Of a DNA stretch of 64,000 nt, positions 16,274 to 28,086 are shown piece after piece. The stretch comes from a virus (lineage: Duplodnaviria; Caudoviricetes). Numbering within the stretch: position 1 is the stretch's first letter; the number at the start of each line of letters is the position of its first letter. The notes under the pieces are model-generated. The model was not told where the DNA came from. It worked only from the letters and a program-made list of their open reading frames with translations, and searched no databases. The position numbers and the translations under genes were made by a program. The stretch spans positions 1-64,000 of IMG/VR virus record IMGVR_UViG_3300020047_004811. One strand, written 5' to 3'.

Positions 16274-19200
16274 ATGATGTTACCAGTATATAATTTCTAC
16301 TGTGGTGACTGCCATAAGAAAACAAAGGCTGTCTTATTCTTCAGGACATGGTGTCCATGTGGAGAGTCCAGTGTTATGGCAACCGCCCGCTGGATAGAAT
16401 ATGAAGGGATGGCGATTGACCAAGAAACATGGGAGAAAATGGATGAAGTACCTAACACTTTTATTGGGCCTATTAATCTTAAGCTCTTGCTCGAACACAA
16501 GTGAACCTAAAGTTAAGTACTTCCGACCTGAGCTTGGACTAATCGGAGGTATTGTATGTCGAGCAATCGACCCTTATAAAAATACATTAAAGGAGTGTAG
16601 CTATGGTAAAGACGGAGACGAGAGATTTGAAGTCATCAATGCAACAAACATCGTCATATACTAAGCTAACTTGGCGACAACAGATAGTATTCTATATACT
16701 GATGTGGTTCTAGTATATGGATAATTTAGATTGGCTAGATAAACTTATCGAACAATTAAAAGAATTGGAGACTACAGATTATGGACAAGCGTGCAATATT
16801 AATCCTCACATGTCTAGTAACAGCGATTGGGACTATGATATGGATTACGGACTACCTAGTAGTTGGGATGGAGAATACAAAGCAAGCAGTAAAAGAAAGC
16901 ATGAATTTTCACCCGTACTTCTAGTATTTACAACCGTATACAATTGCATACATTGTAAGCGTAAGAAAGAAGATTGTAAATACACATACTGCGAACACGA
17001 GGATAACCCTCCTGAGTATGACATCGGTGGCTGGGGCTAATATGTATACATATATAGTATATTATGATATTCAAAACGATGACAAAACATGGTCATATAA
17101 CAAAACATACACTTGTAAATTTAGTTATAAAGGGATGCATGACAGAGCTTCAAGGGAACTTGAATCTTATATAGGATCATTCAATAGCTTTAGAATTAAT
17201 AAAATTGTATGTGACTAGAGAGGACAAATGAACACACTAGGTAACACAGTAGGCTCTCGTATTAATTTCTTCGACGGACTGGAAAATCAAACAGTTGCCA
17301 CATTCAATGACTTGTTCCCAGAGTGTCCGATCAGGGATAAGTGCCCAGCATTACTAGTTAGTATTGGTAGCCCGACAGCTAATAACTGCCGAACCCTGAC
17401 GGTAGGAACTGAGACGATGAACCATAAGATGTATAGCGATATCCTCTATACTCTAGATCGAGATGAGTATAGACTAGATGAGAGAGATATGGAGCTTGAA
17501 AGTATCAATGGAGTTACTCTATGAAGTTTAGGTTGAACTTGGTATATGAGAATGGAAAAGAATTACAAGCCATCCAAGATAAAAAAATATACCACACTTT
17601 ACAAGGTCTTGGAGAAGCAACAGGCGATATCTCAATACATACAAGGGAGAGTCCTGCGCATAGATGGGAAAGGCTATACCCTCAACAAATGAGAGCTGTA
17701 TTTAGTGGGGACTGGATTATTAACCCTATGAACTATCAAACATTAACCAACATAAGCATCGAACCTAGCAATTCAACTATCACCCAATCGTGGAGTAGAC
17801 AACCATCAACTCCAACTGGTATAACCGGAGAAGCTCTGCGTGAATTAGATCGCCAAGAGGGAATTAGAGTTAGAGAAACATTAGCTATTAATGAACAACA
17901 ACGTAGGGAAGCTCAACGAGAAGCCGAGCGTCGCAGACTTGATGAAGAACAGAGTAGACCTAGCTTCCTTAGAAGCATCAATCCATTCACATAATAAACT
18001 TGACAACCTATAGGAGGACATGATATGAAGAAAGTAGAACGTGTTGTCTATGATCGTGGAGATCATATAGAAGTTACTAAGGGATATAATAAAGGTATGG
18101 TTGGTATAGTTGTCCGACATGATTTGGATGACCAAGAGGTTTATATAACTCTAGCCAATCAAGCTATCCAACCTAAACGAAGGTATTCCTGGGACGATGA
18201 TGACGAAGAGGAAGATACAAGTGATTGCTTCACCGAGAACTCAATTAAGTTCATCACTAAAACCGACTACGAGGTTGGGATTAAACGGAATAACTTAATC
18301 CGAATCGACGGTCTAGTAGAACCTATTCAGTTCAAGGGTGGGAATTTTATCATCGGCGGTAACCCTATCACTAAAGCTAACGCTAAGAAACTATCAGAGT
18401 TTATTACTAAGCACGCTAAAACAAAGGCTAAGAAAAAATGATCTATATTTTATACGTATATCTTTCTTCTGGCTATAGCGGAGTAGCATTTCCACCGATG
18501 CAGTTTATGTCTAAGGCATCTTGTGAATTTACTAAGACATCTTTAGATAGTTTTTATGAGCCGTATCTACCTAAGATTATTTGTATTGGAGTTAAACAAT
18601 GATTAAAAAAGAACTTATTGCCCACGTATCAACCCTTGAGGAAGGGGAATTTACCAAGATCAATGCGATCGACGGTGAACCCGGTTACTTCCTACTAAGC
18701 CTTGGACAACAACGGATTGTAGTTAATGGTGCTGAACTTATGGAAGCCATGTCATCCATCGACTACTACGCTGCTATGTTCAAACAAGAAGCTACGATGA
18801 AAGCTAATCGTTCAGCATCTCCTCCTAAGGCTGTAGTATTGGCAACACCGACCACATCTAAACGAGGGAAAAAGAATACCGAGGAAGAGGGAACTCTAGT
18901 TCTTGACCCAGTCATGAGGCTAGGACCTACTGACTCAGAGCTAGCATTGGAACGTCAAACACAACATATGAAGGGTGAGACCCTTGTATTAACAGAGAAG
19001 AAATAATGGAACTTTTAAAACAACACCACTTCAAATTTTTCCTTGCAGGGATTACTCTTGGAGTAACAATGTTAATACTGGGTCCAACATTATCAGGATT
19101 ATTGACTGGAGGTTTAGGTATTATTTCTACGGTGTTGGCCTTAATTGGTATTGAGTCTACATAAATAAAAACTCTTGGAAAATGAATGACATACAACTTT

Positions 19201-19410
19201 CTCCTTGCAATTGTCCTAGGTTTTGTGCTAAGATTCTTAGGTACGGTTGGAGTTCGGCGAGCTATAATGAAAGCTCCGCTGGATGAAGACCTAAACAAGA
19301 TGATTAGCTTCCATGTTTCATGTATTTCCTATATGATAGGGACTGTCTTAAAATATGCCGGAGCAACTCTTCTTTTTGCCTACACAATCAAAGAATATTG
19401 TCTAACCTAG
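16274..19410 (+). other. run of hypothetical ORFs (16274-16504, lipoprotein 16443-16664, 16717-17040, 17228-17524, 17521-17994, 18025-18441, 18599-19006, 19186-19410)
   Basis: ORF track, SD motifs; lipobox LSSC in 16443-16664. Confidence 0.6.
16671..16700 (+). promoter_or_regulatory. sigma70-like promoter
   Basis: TTGGCG-N18-TATACT, upstream of 16717. Confidence 0.5.
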
Positions 19411-19417
19411 GGGAATA

Positions 19418-21268
19418 ATGAACAAGTCGAATCGTCTGTTGAGTGAAATTGTAGCTTATCGTACATATGCTAAGTATTTAGCACCACTTAATCGACGAGA
19501 GACGTTGACAGAGACGATTAATCGTAACATGATTATGCATCTTGACAAGTTTCCTAAGCTTAGTCGAGATATTATCAAGGCATACAAGCAAGTCCATGAC
19601 TTGAAGGTCATGCCATCTATGCGTTCCCTCCAATTTGGAGGAGAAGCAATCACGAGGAACAATGTTCGCCTATTTAACTGCGCCTTTTCGCATATTTCAT
19701 ATGTGCGTGTATTTGCTGAAGCTCTTTACTTGCTGCTTAGCGGTACTGGCTTTGGATTTTCTGTACAATATAGGCACATATCTCAACTTCCTGCTCTCCG
19801 TAGTCCAAAAGAAGAAGGAAAATACGTTGTCCACGATTCGATCGAAGGATGGGCAGAAGCCTTAAATAGATTAATGGAAGCATACTTCTACGGGGGTATC
19901 CGTCCACAGTTCGACTTTAGTCTTGTTCGCCCAAAAGGGTCATACCTTGTAACTACTGGTGCTAAAGCTCCGGGTCCTGAGCCTCTGCGTCTAATGCTTC
20001 AAAAAGTCGAGGCAATGCTCAAAGTAGCAATAGGACGTAAGCTCACAGACTTGGAGTGTCACGACATTATTTGTCTAGTTGCAGACTGTGTTCTAGCTGG
20101 TGGTATTCGTAGAGCAGCCCTCATTAGTCTCTTCGACCGAGATTCTAAAGCAATGTTAACTTCCAAACATGGAAACTGGTGGGAAAGATATCCACATCGA
20201 GCCCGTGCTAACAATTCTGCCGTGCTCCCTAGGGGTGAGGTAGGAAAAGATGAGTTTTTCTATGTATATGACATGTGTATTGCCTCAAATGCAGGCGAAC
20301 CCGGATTCTTCTGGACTAATGACCTAGACTGGGGGACAAACCCATGTGCTGAGATCGCATTGCAGAGTAATCAGTTCTGTAACCTCACAACCACAAATCT
20401 AACAGGGATTAAGAATGACAAAGACTTTGAAAACCGAATCTACGCAGCGGCGTTCCTTGGAACTCTCCAAGCAAGCTATACTGACTTCCCGTACCTTAGT
20501 GAGAGATGGAAAAAAGTTACTGAAGAAGAAGCGCTTATCGGCTGCAGCTTTACAGGAATTGCTGACTCAGCTTCTCTCACAGGATCGAGTCTTGCAAACG
20601 CTGCAAACCAAGTTCTCCAGATCAATGAAAAGTACGCAAGAAAACTCGGGATTAATCCTGCAGCTCGCACGACAGCAATTAAGCCTGAAGGGACTGCGTC
20701 TTGTGTGCTTGGATCGTCTAGTGGGATTCATGCAAGACACGACCAGTTCTACCTACGAAGAGTAAGGATGAACCGCGACGATGAACTAGCCAAGTACCTA
20801 ATGCGAGTGTGTCCTGAGCTTGTAGAAGCTGACCTATTCTCCCAAACCGGAGTAGTAGTTACTATCCCACAAGAGTCGCCTGAAGGAGCTGTGCTTAGAA
20901 ACAACGAGTCAGCTATTGAACTATTCGATAGAGTGAAGCTGTACTACAATAACTGGATTGTACCGGGGCATAGGTCGGGAGTGAACACACACAACGTAAG
21001 CTGTACGATTAACTACAAGCCCCATGAAGTTGAGGAGCTTAGACAGAAGCTATGGGATGATAGAACCGAGTATGCCGCGGTAAGCTTATTACCTGCCGAC
21101 GATTCAGTTTACTCACAGGCTCCGTTCGAGGGATGTGATCAGGCTACGTTTGAGAAGTATGATGCTATGGTTCAAGAGATTGACCTAGGTAAGGTACTAG
21201 AGATGGAAGATAATACTAACAGAGCAGAGGTTTTAGCGTGCCATGGAGGCACCTGTGAAATCACATAG
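19418..21268 (+). CDS. nrdJ: class II (B12-dependent) ribonucleotide reductase
   Basis: TNPCAEI, FCNL, TTAIKPEGTAS, C-terminal CHGGTCEI. Confidence 0.92.
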   Translation: MNKSNRLLSEIVAYRTYAKYLAPLNRRETLTETINRNMIMHLDKFPKLSRDIIKAYKQVHDLKVMPSMRSLQFGGEAITRNNVRLFNCAFSHISYVRVFAEALYLLLSGTGFGFSVQYRHISQLPALRSPKEEGKYVVHDSIEGWAEALNRLMEAYFYGGIRPQFDFSLVRPKGSYLVTTGAKAPGPEPLRLMLQKVEAMLKVAIGRKLTDLECHDIICLVADCVLAGGIRRAALISLFDRDSKAMLTSKHGNWWERYPHRARANNSAVLPRGEVGKDEFFYVYDMCIASNAGEPGFFWTNDLDWGTNPCAEIALQSNQFCNLTTTNLTGIKNDKDFENRIYAAAFLGTLQASYTDFPYLSERWKKVTEEEALIGCSFTGIADSASLTGSSLANAANQVLQINEKYARKLGINPAARTTAIKPEGTASCVLGSSSGIHARHDQFYLRRVRMNRDDELAKYLMRVCPELVEADLFSQTGVVVTIPQESPEGAVLRNNESAIELFDRVKLYYNNWIVPGHRSGVNTHNVSCTINYKPHEVEELRQKLWDDRTEYAAVSLLPADDSVYSQAPFEGCDQATFEKYDAMVQEIDLGKVLEMEDNTNRAEVLACHGGTCEIT

Positions 21269-21286
21269 TTAGCTAATTCACAGATA

Positions 21287-21295
21287 TTAACAACT
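21287..21295 (+). promoter_or_regulatory. TTAACAACT putative late promoter
   Basis: Same 9-mer upstream of five endonucleases and one virion gene. Confidence 0.65.
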
Positions 21296-21329
21296 AGGTA
21301 TAGTAGTATGTGAAATACCTAGGAGTATT

Positions 21330-21881
21330 ATGAAACTTAAAGATTTAACTGGACAAAAATTTAATAGCCTGACAGTAATTAAAAGAGCAGACTCAAGTAG
21401 ACAAGGATCATCCACTTGGGTTTGTCAATGTGTTTGCGGAAAAGAAATTGTTGCTAGTTCAGATCATTTAACTAGGAAGTCTCAACCTATTAAATCCTGT
21501 GGTTGCCAAAGGTTTAAAAGAGGAAATCAACATAAACAATGGAATGGATTTGAAGGAATCTCTGGTGGATGGTGGGCTAACCATATTCTTAGAGAAAGAA
21601 GTCAGGTGGCTAGACCTAAAGTTCCAGTAATTATTACTAAAGAATATGCTTGGGAATTATTTTTAAAGCAAGATAAAAAATGTGCTTTAAGTGGAATAGA
21701 AATTACTATAGCCGGAGATCATAAAATTAATACAGCATCTATAGACCGTATTGATTCTAGTAAAGGTTACGAAGAAGGAAACATTCAATGGGTTCACAAA
21801 CATATTAACTTTATGAAAAGAACCTATAGCCAAGAATATTTTATTGAGATGTGTAAAAAAGTAGCGGAGAATAACAAATGA
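21330..21881 (+). CDS. free-standing HNH-type homing endonuclease
   Basis: LTGQKF..LTV, WVCQCVCG, KSCGC, SIDRIDSSKGYEEGNIQWV. Confidence 0.8.
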   Translation: MKLKDLTGQKFNSLTVIKRADSSRQGSSTWVCQCVCGKEIVASSDHLTRKSQPIKSCGCQRFKRGNQHKQWNGFEGISGGWWANHILRERSQVARPKVPVIITKEYAWELFLKQDKKCALSGIEITIAGDHKINTASIDRIDSSKGYEEGNIQWVHKHINFMKRTYSQEYFIEMCKKVAENNK

Positions 21882-22041
21882 AAGAGATTACAAAAAAAGA
21901 AGCTTTTAAATTAATTGCAGATGGTAAGCAAGTATTTAATATTAATACGGGGGTTTGGTATTATTATATTTATGGTACATCAACAGTTCCGGTATTCCCA
22001 GTTTGGGTAAAAGAATTACCAGAGGATGGCTGGAGGGGTTT

Positions 22042-22740
22042 GTGAAATCACTTAGAATAACTTGTATTAGCGACACCCACAATCAGCTCCACGACATTCC
22101 CCTACCCGGCGGAGACCTACTTCTCCATGCTGGCGATGCTACGATGGTGGGTAACAAGAAAGAACTTAAGAAGTTCGTAGAGACCCTAGCCCAAGCTCCT
22201 TATACTCATAAAGTATGGATAGCAGGCAACCACGACTGGGGAATGGAATACGATCAAGCTGCATATGAAGCTTGGTGTGGAAGACGTATGCGAGAAACTA
22301 GGGTTCTATCTGAGACTCGCAGCTACATCCTAGAGTTATGCTCTCACTACAACATCACATATCTAAATAACTCTGGAGTAGAGATAGAAGGCTTGAAGAT
22401 TTGGGGTAGCCCGGACCAACCAGCTTTCTGTGGCTGGGCTTTTAATAGAAGCTTGAAGTTCCTAGATGAGCATTGGAAGACAGTGCCCGACGACACTAAC
22501 ATACTAATAACACATTGTCCTGCATATGGTATTCTAGATACATTACAAAACGGAGACATGGTTGGGGATGTAGCATTGTTGAAGAAAATAAATATACTCC
22601 CGAACCTTAAGCTACATGTTTGCGGCCACATCCATCCTTCATATGGTACTCTTCAGATAGGAAATACTACACATGTTAACGCTAGTATTTTAGATGATAG
22701 TTATAGGATTGCACACAAACCAATTACCTTGGAGATATAA
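22042..22740 (+). CDS. calcineurin-like metallophosphoesterase
   Basis: SDTHN, HAGD, AGNHD, THCP, CGHIH; GTG start with SD GGAGG. Confidence 0.88.
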   Translation: MKSLRITCISDTHNQLHDIPLPGGDLLLHAGDATMVGNKKELKKFVETLAQAPYTHKVWIAGNHDWGMEYDQAAYEAWCGRRMRETRVLSETRSYILELCSHYNITYLNNSGVEIEGLKIWGSPDQPAFCGWAFNRSLKFLDEHWKTVPDDTNILITHCPAYGILDTLQNGDMVGDVALLKKINILPNLKLHVCGHIHPSYGTLQIGNTTHVNASILDDSYRIAHKPITLEI

Positions 22741-23341
22741 TGAAAGTTTACCCCGGCGTTGAAGATACAAAGAACGCAAGAGTCCTAGCTAAAAAGCTCG
22801 GGCTGAATAAGATTAAAACTAAGGACACATACAAACTATACAAGACTGGAGCTAAGGTTGAAGCCCCGTTCCCATATACTGATATATTCTGTGAGCGAGG
22901 AAATGTATATGTAGCAGCCAAAGATTCATTTATCTGGATTATTATAGCCAACGGAGCAGGACGATGGTATAAGACTAGTCCAGTTGTATCTTGTACAAAA
23001 ATCCTCGGCGGCTATAAACTTGAAACTGTAAATAGTTTCTATGAGATCAGGGATGCAAGTTATAAAACCACAGTGGAAGAAGCAGACAGGATTAAAGACG
23101 AACGAGATGAAGAGTTCCTAGGTATGTTTGATAGGAATAAATAATGATTCTAACTGTTAAGATCACATACTTAGATGGAACCGTAGACTTCAAAGAATGT
23201 CGGGACCTATCTGAGATTCCGCTTGACAACGTATCCACTATCCGTGTTATAAGGGAAGAAGATGAAATTAATCATGCTAATGTTAATTGCGAGCGCCTCG
23301 GTATATGCACAAAAAATCCCAACAGATCAGTCGATAAATGA
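22740..23341 (+). other. two hypothetical ORFs (22740-23144, 23144-23341)
   Basis: ORF track, coupled. Confidence 0.5.
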
Positions 23342-23585
23342 AGAAGGTAGGCGTATATATATTGGGACTTGTGTTAGGTGCCACTCTCTCGACCCACGTA
23401 AACAAGGATCAATTGGTCCAGACTTATTTAGCACGCCGAGAGACGTTTTTAGAACGAAAGTGCCGAAGGGAGTTTATCCACTCGGGTATCGGGCAAAAAG
23501 AAATACGAAAATTATGCCGAAGTTTTCTGACCTAGAAAGAAAAGTAGATTGGATATATCAATACATCCAAACCTTTAAAAATTAA
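23262..23585 (+). CDS. monoheme c-type cytochrome
   Basis: Signal peptide; CVRCH haem motif; GPDL; distal IMPKF Met. Confidence 0.8.
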   Translation: MKLIMLMLIASASVYAQKIPTDQSINEEGRRIYIGTCVRCHSLDPRKQGSIGPDLFSTPRDVFRTKVPKGVYPLGYRAKRNTKIMPKFSDLERKVDWIYQYIQTFKN

Positions 23586-23590
23586 CAACT
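23582..23590 (+). promoter_or_regulatory. TTAACAACT putative late promoter
   Basis: 6 nt before ATG23597; no SD. Confidence 0.65.
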
Positions 23591-23596
23591 TATAGT

Positions 23597-24238
23597 ATGA
23601 AGATTTGTAAAAATGGTCACGAAAGAGAAGATGGTATTCGTTGTTTAGTGTGTCATAGAGAAGCAGCAAACCGACGGTACCATTTGAAGAAAGAAGAAGT
23701 GGCGGAATATTCAAAAGTATATAGAGTTAAAAATAAAGAATACCTTTGTTCATATAAGAAAGAATGGAGAAGATCAAACAAAAAACATCTTGATAATTAT
23801 CAAAAATTAAATAAGGAAAAAAGAAGAGAAACTCAACGTCTTTATGAAAAGAAAAATAAAGAGTCTATTAAGAAAAAGAAACGAATTTATGTTAAAGAAA
23901 AACATAAAACCGATCCTGTTTTTAAATTAAGAAGAAATCTAAGAACAAGACTTGGTGGGATTTTAAAAAATAAAAGAAAAGTTGGATCGGCGGTTAAGGA
24001 CTTGGGCTGCACAGGAGAAGAACTAAAACTATATCTAGAAACTTTATTTGAACCGGGGATGTCTTGGAAAAACTACGGAAACAAAGAGGGACAATGGTCT
24101 ATAGATCATATAATTCCCTTAAGTAAAGTAGACCTAACCAACCGAGAAGAATTTCTAAAAGTTTGCCACTATACAAATCTTCAACCAATGTGGCACATAG
24201 ATAATATAAAGAAAAGCAATAAATACGAAGAAACTTGA
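23597..24238 (+). CDS. HNH homing endonuclease
   Basis: LGCT.EEL..YLE, WSIDHIIPLS, CHYTNLQPMW..DN..KSN. Confidence 0.85.
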   Translation: MKICKNGHEREDGIRCLVCHREAANRRYHLKKEEVAEYSKVYRVKNKEYLCSYKKEWRRSNKKHLDNYQKLNKEKRRETQRLYEKKNKESIKKKKRIYVKEKHKTDPVFKLRRNLRTRLGGILKNKRKVGSAVKDLGCTGEELKLYLETLFEPGMSWKNYGNKEGQWSIDHIIPLSKVDLTNREEFLKVCHYTNLQPMWHIDNIKKSNKYEET

Positions 24239-24264
24239 CAAACACTGTGGACTTCATATATAAC
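24235..24264 (+). promoter_or_regulatory. sigma70-like promoter
   Basis: TTGACA-N18-TATAAC. Confidence 0.65.
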
Positions 24265-24287
24265 TATATACAGAGTACAAAAAAGTA

Positions 24288-24402
24288 AAGTGGGACTCGG
24301 GGGTTCGATTCCCTAAGCGCTAAGATGGTTCAGAGAACTAATTGAAAGCTGAGTAAGTCGGGAGTAGGAGCAAGTAATTACTGTAATCCCTCCCGGTTCA
24401 GT
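24288..24402 (+). ncRNA. structured leader with T-loop hairpin
   Basis: GGGG-TTCGATT-CCCT 24300-24314; long helix GCTGAG..TCGGGAG / CTCCCGG-TTCAGT 24348-24402. Confidence 0.45.
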
Positions 24403-24412
24403 GAAAGGATAT

Positions 24413-24784
24413 ATGACAAGAATAAACGTCGTTAGAGTTGAGGAACTTAGCCGAGAGCATCTGATTGCTGAGTATCGTGAAATCATGCGCTTGCCCGGTA
24501 ATCTTAAGGCTTGGCTCAACCGTAAATCAAAACCACCTAGCTTCGATGAGATTCCAACAGAGTACAAACTAGGCACTGGACATGTTAAGTTCTTCTTCAA
24601 TAAGTTTTTGTTTCTACAAATACGTTTTGAGAATCTTGTGGATGAAATGCTAAGTCGTGGATATAACCCAAGATTTACAGACTCCACTATCTTTGTGGTT
24701 GACAAACTCTACTACAACGACTATACTCCTACTGAGACTGCGATTGAAATCAACCGAGCAAGAATTAAGGAAAGTACTAAATGA
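24413..24784 (+). CDS. denV: pyrimidine-dimer DNA glycosylase (T4 endonuclease V-like)
   Basis: MTRIN, HLIAEYREI, YKLGTGHVKFF. Confidence 0.9.
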   Translation: MTRINVVRVEELSREHLIAEYREIMRLPGNLKAWLNRKSKPPSFDEIPTEYKLGTGHVKFFFNKFLFLQIRFENLVDEMLSRGYNPRFTDSTIFVVDKLYYNDYTPTETAIEINRARIKESTK

Positions 24785-26645
24785 ATTTATATCTTTTAAC
24801 TCAAAATGTAAATAATAATTATGATACATATGATTCTTGTGTTGTAGCAGCTCCTTCTGAAGATGAAGCTAGACTAATTAATCCTAATTATGGTGGATTT
24901 AAACCTGATACATACTCAACGTGGGCATACCACCCAGAACAAGTTAAAGTTCAACATATTGGAATTGCTAATTCTGGTACTGTAGCCGGGATAATTCTTT
25001 CAAGTTTTAATGCGGGGTAAAATGAAACTAGCATATTGTCATAATCGAGAACTAGAGATGGTTGTTAAAAAAACAAGTACTTATGATTCAGAACTTCAGT
25101 ATGGGGATATTGTTATCTCACCACGCGGAGGATCAACCGTAGCAATGGAATCAATTCCCTCTTGGCTTCTAGATCAGCTCCAACAAGGTGATACCATTGT
25201 TCGTAAGGTTGGGATTGCCCGATGCTCTACCGATGATAACTATTGCAGAAAGATCGGCCGACAACTCGCTGAGTCTAGGCTCAAACAAGTCATGCTAACA
25301 GCGGTTAACATTGTTAAGATTGGAACTGAGTATACCGTAGTATTCTTCGAGGATGAAGTCGGGAACCTATTCGAGATTAAGAAGTCGGGTGACCCTTATT
25401 GTGCGAGACTTATCAGGATGTTAGATGATTAATGAAATAGCGTTTAGATTATTTCAATTGCTTATAATTAGTTGCATTCTAATAGTAATTTTGGGAATAC
25501 CATATATGATATATTCAGAAACTAATTTTAGAAATAGTTGTACAAAGCAAAACGGGTCCTATAAATCAGGAAGACCAAGTCTCTGTATTTCTAAAGATGG
25601 TAGAATATTAGGAACATTATGAATAGATACATTGATAAACTAGGACGTTGGCATGTTAAACCTGTCTCCGAATCTAACCCCTTCCCAACAAACAATGCCT
25701 ACATCTATAGCTTCTACGCTAGGATGGTTGGACTCCCAGTTCAGTTCTCGGAAGAAGTAACAGCAGACCTAGTAAATCTAGACCTAAAGCCTATCTCTAG
25801 GCACCCGGGAATCAAGCCCCCGACTACCCCACCGATTTCACATGACGAGTATGTAGGACTTGCTGGGCTAGATATAATGGCTGCTCAAGACATTACATTC
25901 TTCGGAGAGAGCAATTATTGGCAGATTTGTGACGTGATCGTGGACGGTAAGGCATACGTACCTACCCCATGGAGAAAGCTTGTTATAGACGATGTTATGG
26001 CTGCATATGAGGAGTTGGCTAATGACCCTGAACCTAACCCTAGAAAAGCTAGTGTTAAATATCCAGTATTATATCCATTCGCTTTCTGGCATAGACCTGA
26101 GCAGCAATACTTCTATTATAGATGTGCTGATAGGCCACCGGGCGCTTTTAGGACTCTGTATTTTATCATCGCTACAATTGTTTCTATCAAGAAAAATGAT
26201 CCGAGAAATGTTATGCTTGGATTCAAATTCCTGAAGTTGGAACAACTGAAACTTAACTTCATCGAGAAAGCTCTTTACAAACTATACGAGAAGAAAGTAA
26301 ACTTCAAACAGAACTGTAGGAATTATTTCCCAGAAGACCACCCAATATTAGAGAGAGTATTAAATGAATACAGAAACTAAACTAATTAAAGCCGAGAACT
26401 CAGCTCTCATAGATGGATTTCTATCTATTCCTTGTTCATGTCTAGATAATCACACAGAACACATAAAAGCACATAGCGAGCTTCTAAAAGATCGGAACAT
26501 GTTTGGGCTTAAACCCCCGACTATAGTAGAACGTATTCTATATTTCTTTAAATTAAAAGAAAAACCAGAGTTAACTCAATATCAAGTAGATGCAGTTTTA
26601 AATCATATTCAAGAACATATAGAGTTACTCAAGAGTAATCAATGA
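24781..26645 (+). other. run of hypothetical ORFs (24781-25020, 25010-25432, 25425-25622, 25619-26380, 26364-26645)
   Basis: ORF track, overlapping starts and stops. Confidence 0.6.
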
Positions 26646-27016
26646 AATTAATTATAGCTGGGTCTAGAACTATAACAATGTCAAATGACTTTATTCATTC
26701 AATAGTCGAACATATTTGTTATAAGTTCTCAGAGTTGGAGATTATTTCAGGAACTGCTAAAGGAATCGACACTGTTGCAATTGAATATGCTGAGGAGTTC
26801 GGTTGGGCATTAAAGAAGTTCCCTGCCGATTGGGATAAATTCGGTAAGGCTGCTGGGCATATCCGAAATAAGCAGATGGCAGAAGAAGGTGACGCTCTAC
26901 TCCTGATATGGACAGGAGATAAAGAAACTAGCCCCGGTTCATATAGTATGAAACAGGCAATGTTATTTAAGAAAAAACCAGTATATGAAGTAATACTAAA
27001 GAAGCACAATGTATGA
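26642..27016 (+). CDS. SLOG/YspA-like (DUF2493) protein
   Basis: MKLIIAGSR, IISGTAKGID, ADWDKFGKAAGHIRNKQMA. Confidence 0.8.
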   Translation: MKLIIAGSRTITMSNDFIHSIVEHICYKFSELEIISGTAKGIDTVAIEYAEEFGWALKKFPADWDKFGKAAGHIRNKQMAEEGDALLLIWTGDKETSPGSYSMKQAMLFKKKPVYEVILKKHNV

Positions 27017-27303
27017 AGATGCCATTTGGAAAACATAAAGGATTAGAGCTAGAAGAATTAGCTGAAGACTATCCAGATTATGTGGTATGGTTGGCTGAAA
27101 AATGCGATCTACATGGAGACTTGTTTTATTTCATTGGGGAACATTACGAAGCTTGTAAAATTAAAGCTCGTAATAATAGAAGAAGAAATTACCTATGGTC
27201 ATATGAAGATATTGCAAATATGGAAGCTGAGTGGGGAGCAGATTATGGAGATTACGGTTATGATGACGGAATACCAATGTGCATTCCAAACTTCGATTAC
27301 TAA
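27013..27303 (+). CDS. DUF3820-like small protein
   Basis: MPFGKHKG..L.EL...P.YV.WL. Confidence 0.65.
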   Translation: MKMPFGKHKGLELEELAEDYPDYVVWLAEKCDLHGDLFYFIGEHYEACKIKARNNRRRNYLWSYEDIANMEAEWGADYGDYGYDDGIPMCIPNFDY

Positions 27304-27419
27304 TGAACGATCGTAACGGAAAATGGTCAACCTCTACCTGTCTAGTATGTGGATTCCTAGGATTCTCCGTAGGTTTCCTAGCCTGTCATAAACTATACAA
27401 GGGCATGGAAGAAAAAGAC

Positions 27420-27449
27420 TTGACAAGCCCGCCGACTCAGATATATACT
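27420..27449 (+). promoter_or_regulatory. sigma70-like promoter
   Basis: TTGACA-N18-TATACT. Confidence 0.7.
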
Positions 27450-27642
27450 TCGTTCGTGAGGAAATTATGGAACTAATTCATGCTATTGCGTTACTCTGTC
27501 AATTGAATAATGGGGATGCCTTTATGTCCACAACTAGGATACTTCAGCTAGAGTGCCATCAATATTATGTCCATTGCGTTGCAGTAAATCGAACCAAGAT
27601 TCATACTCTAGACGCACTAGAAAAGTGTATATTGGAGAAGAA

Positions 27643-28086
27643 GTGACCTTAGATGAGTTAGATGTTCTATTTACTAAACTAGAGGAACATAAACAATATT
27701 CTTCGGATTCTGAGACTATGGTGGCCGCTGCGCTATATCCTCCTACCGACTTTCAGTATATTAGAAAGGCTAACACGTTTGTACTTGGAGCCTCTGGACT
27801 ACCAAGTGTTCGTCCAGATAAATACGAGTATATAATCCATGCTGAACAAAACGTAGTAATAACTGCGGCAAAATACGGACATAAGACAAATGGGAAAATA
27901 ATGCTTTGCACACTTTCTCCATGCCAAGCTTGTATCCGAACTATGTTTCAAGCTGGGATTAAGGAAGTTTACTACAAAGAAATATACAGAAATCATAATA
28001 TATCAATGTTAGATATAGAAGTTACAGAAACAAAGATTGGGCCGTATACGAAAATGGTCTTGAGTAATTATGAGTCACAAACATAG
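27643..28086 (+). CDS. dCMP deaminase family protein
   Basis: HAEQN, SPCQAC, AGIKEVYY; GTG start. Confidence 0.88.
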   Translation: MTLDELDVLFTKLEEHKQYSSDSETMVAAALYPPTDFQYIRKANTFVLGASGLPSVRPDKYEYIIHAEQNVVITAAKYGHKTNGKIMLCTLSPCQACIRTMFQAGIKEVYYKEIYRNHNISMLDIEVTETKIGPYTKMVLSNYESQT

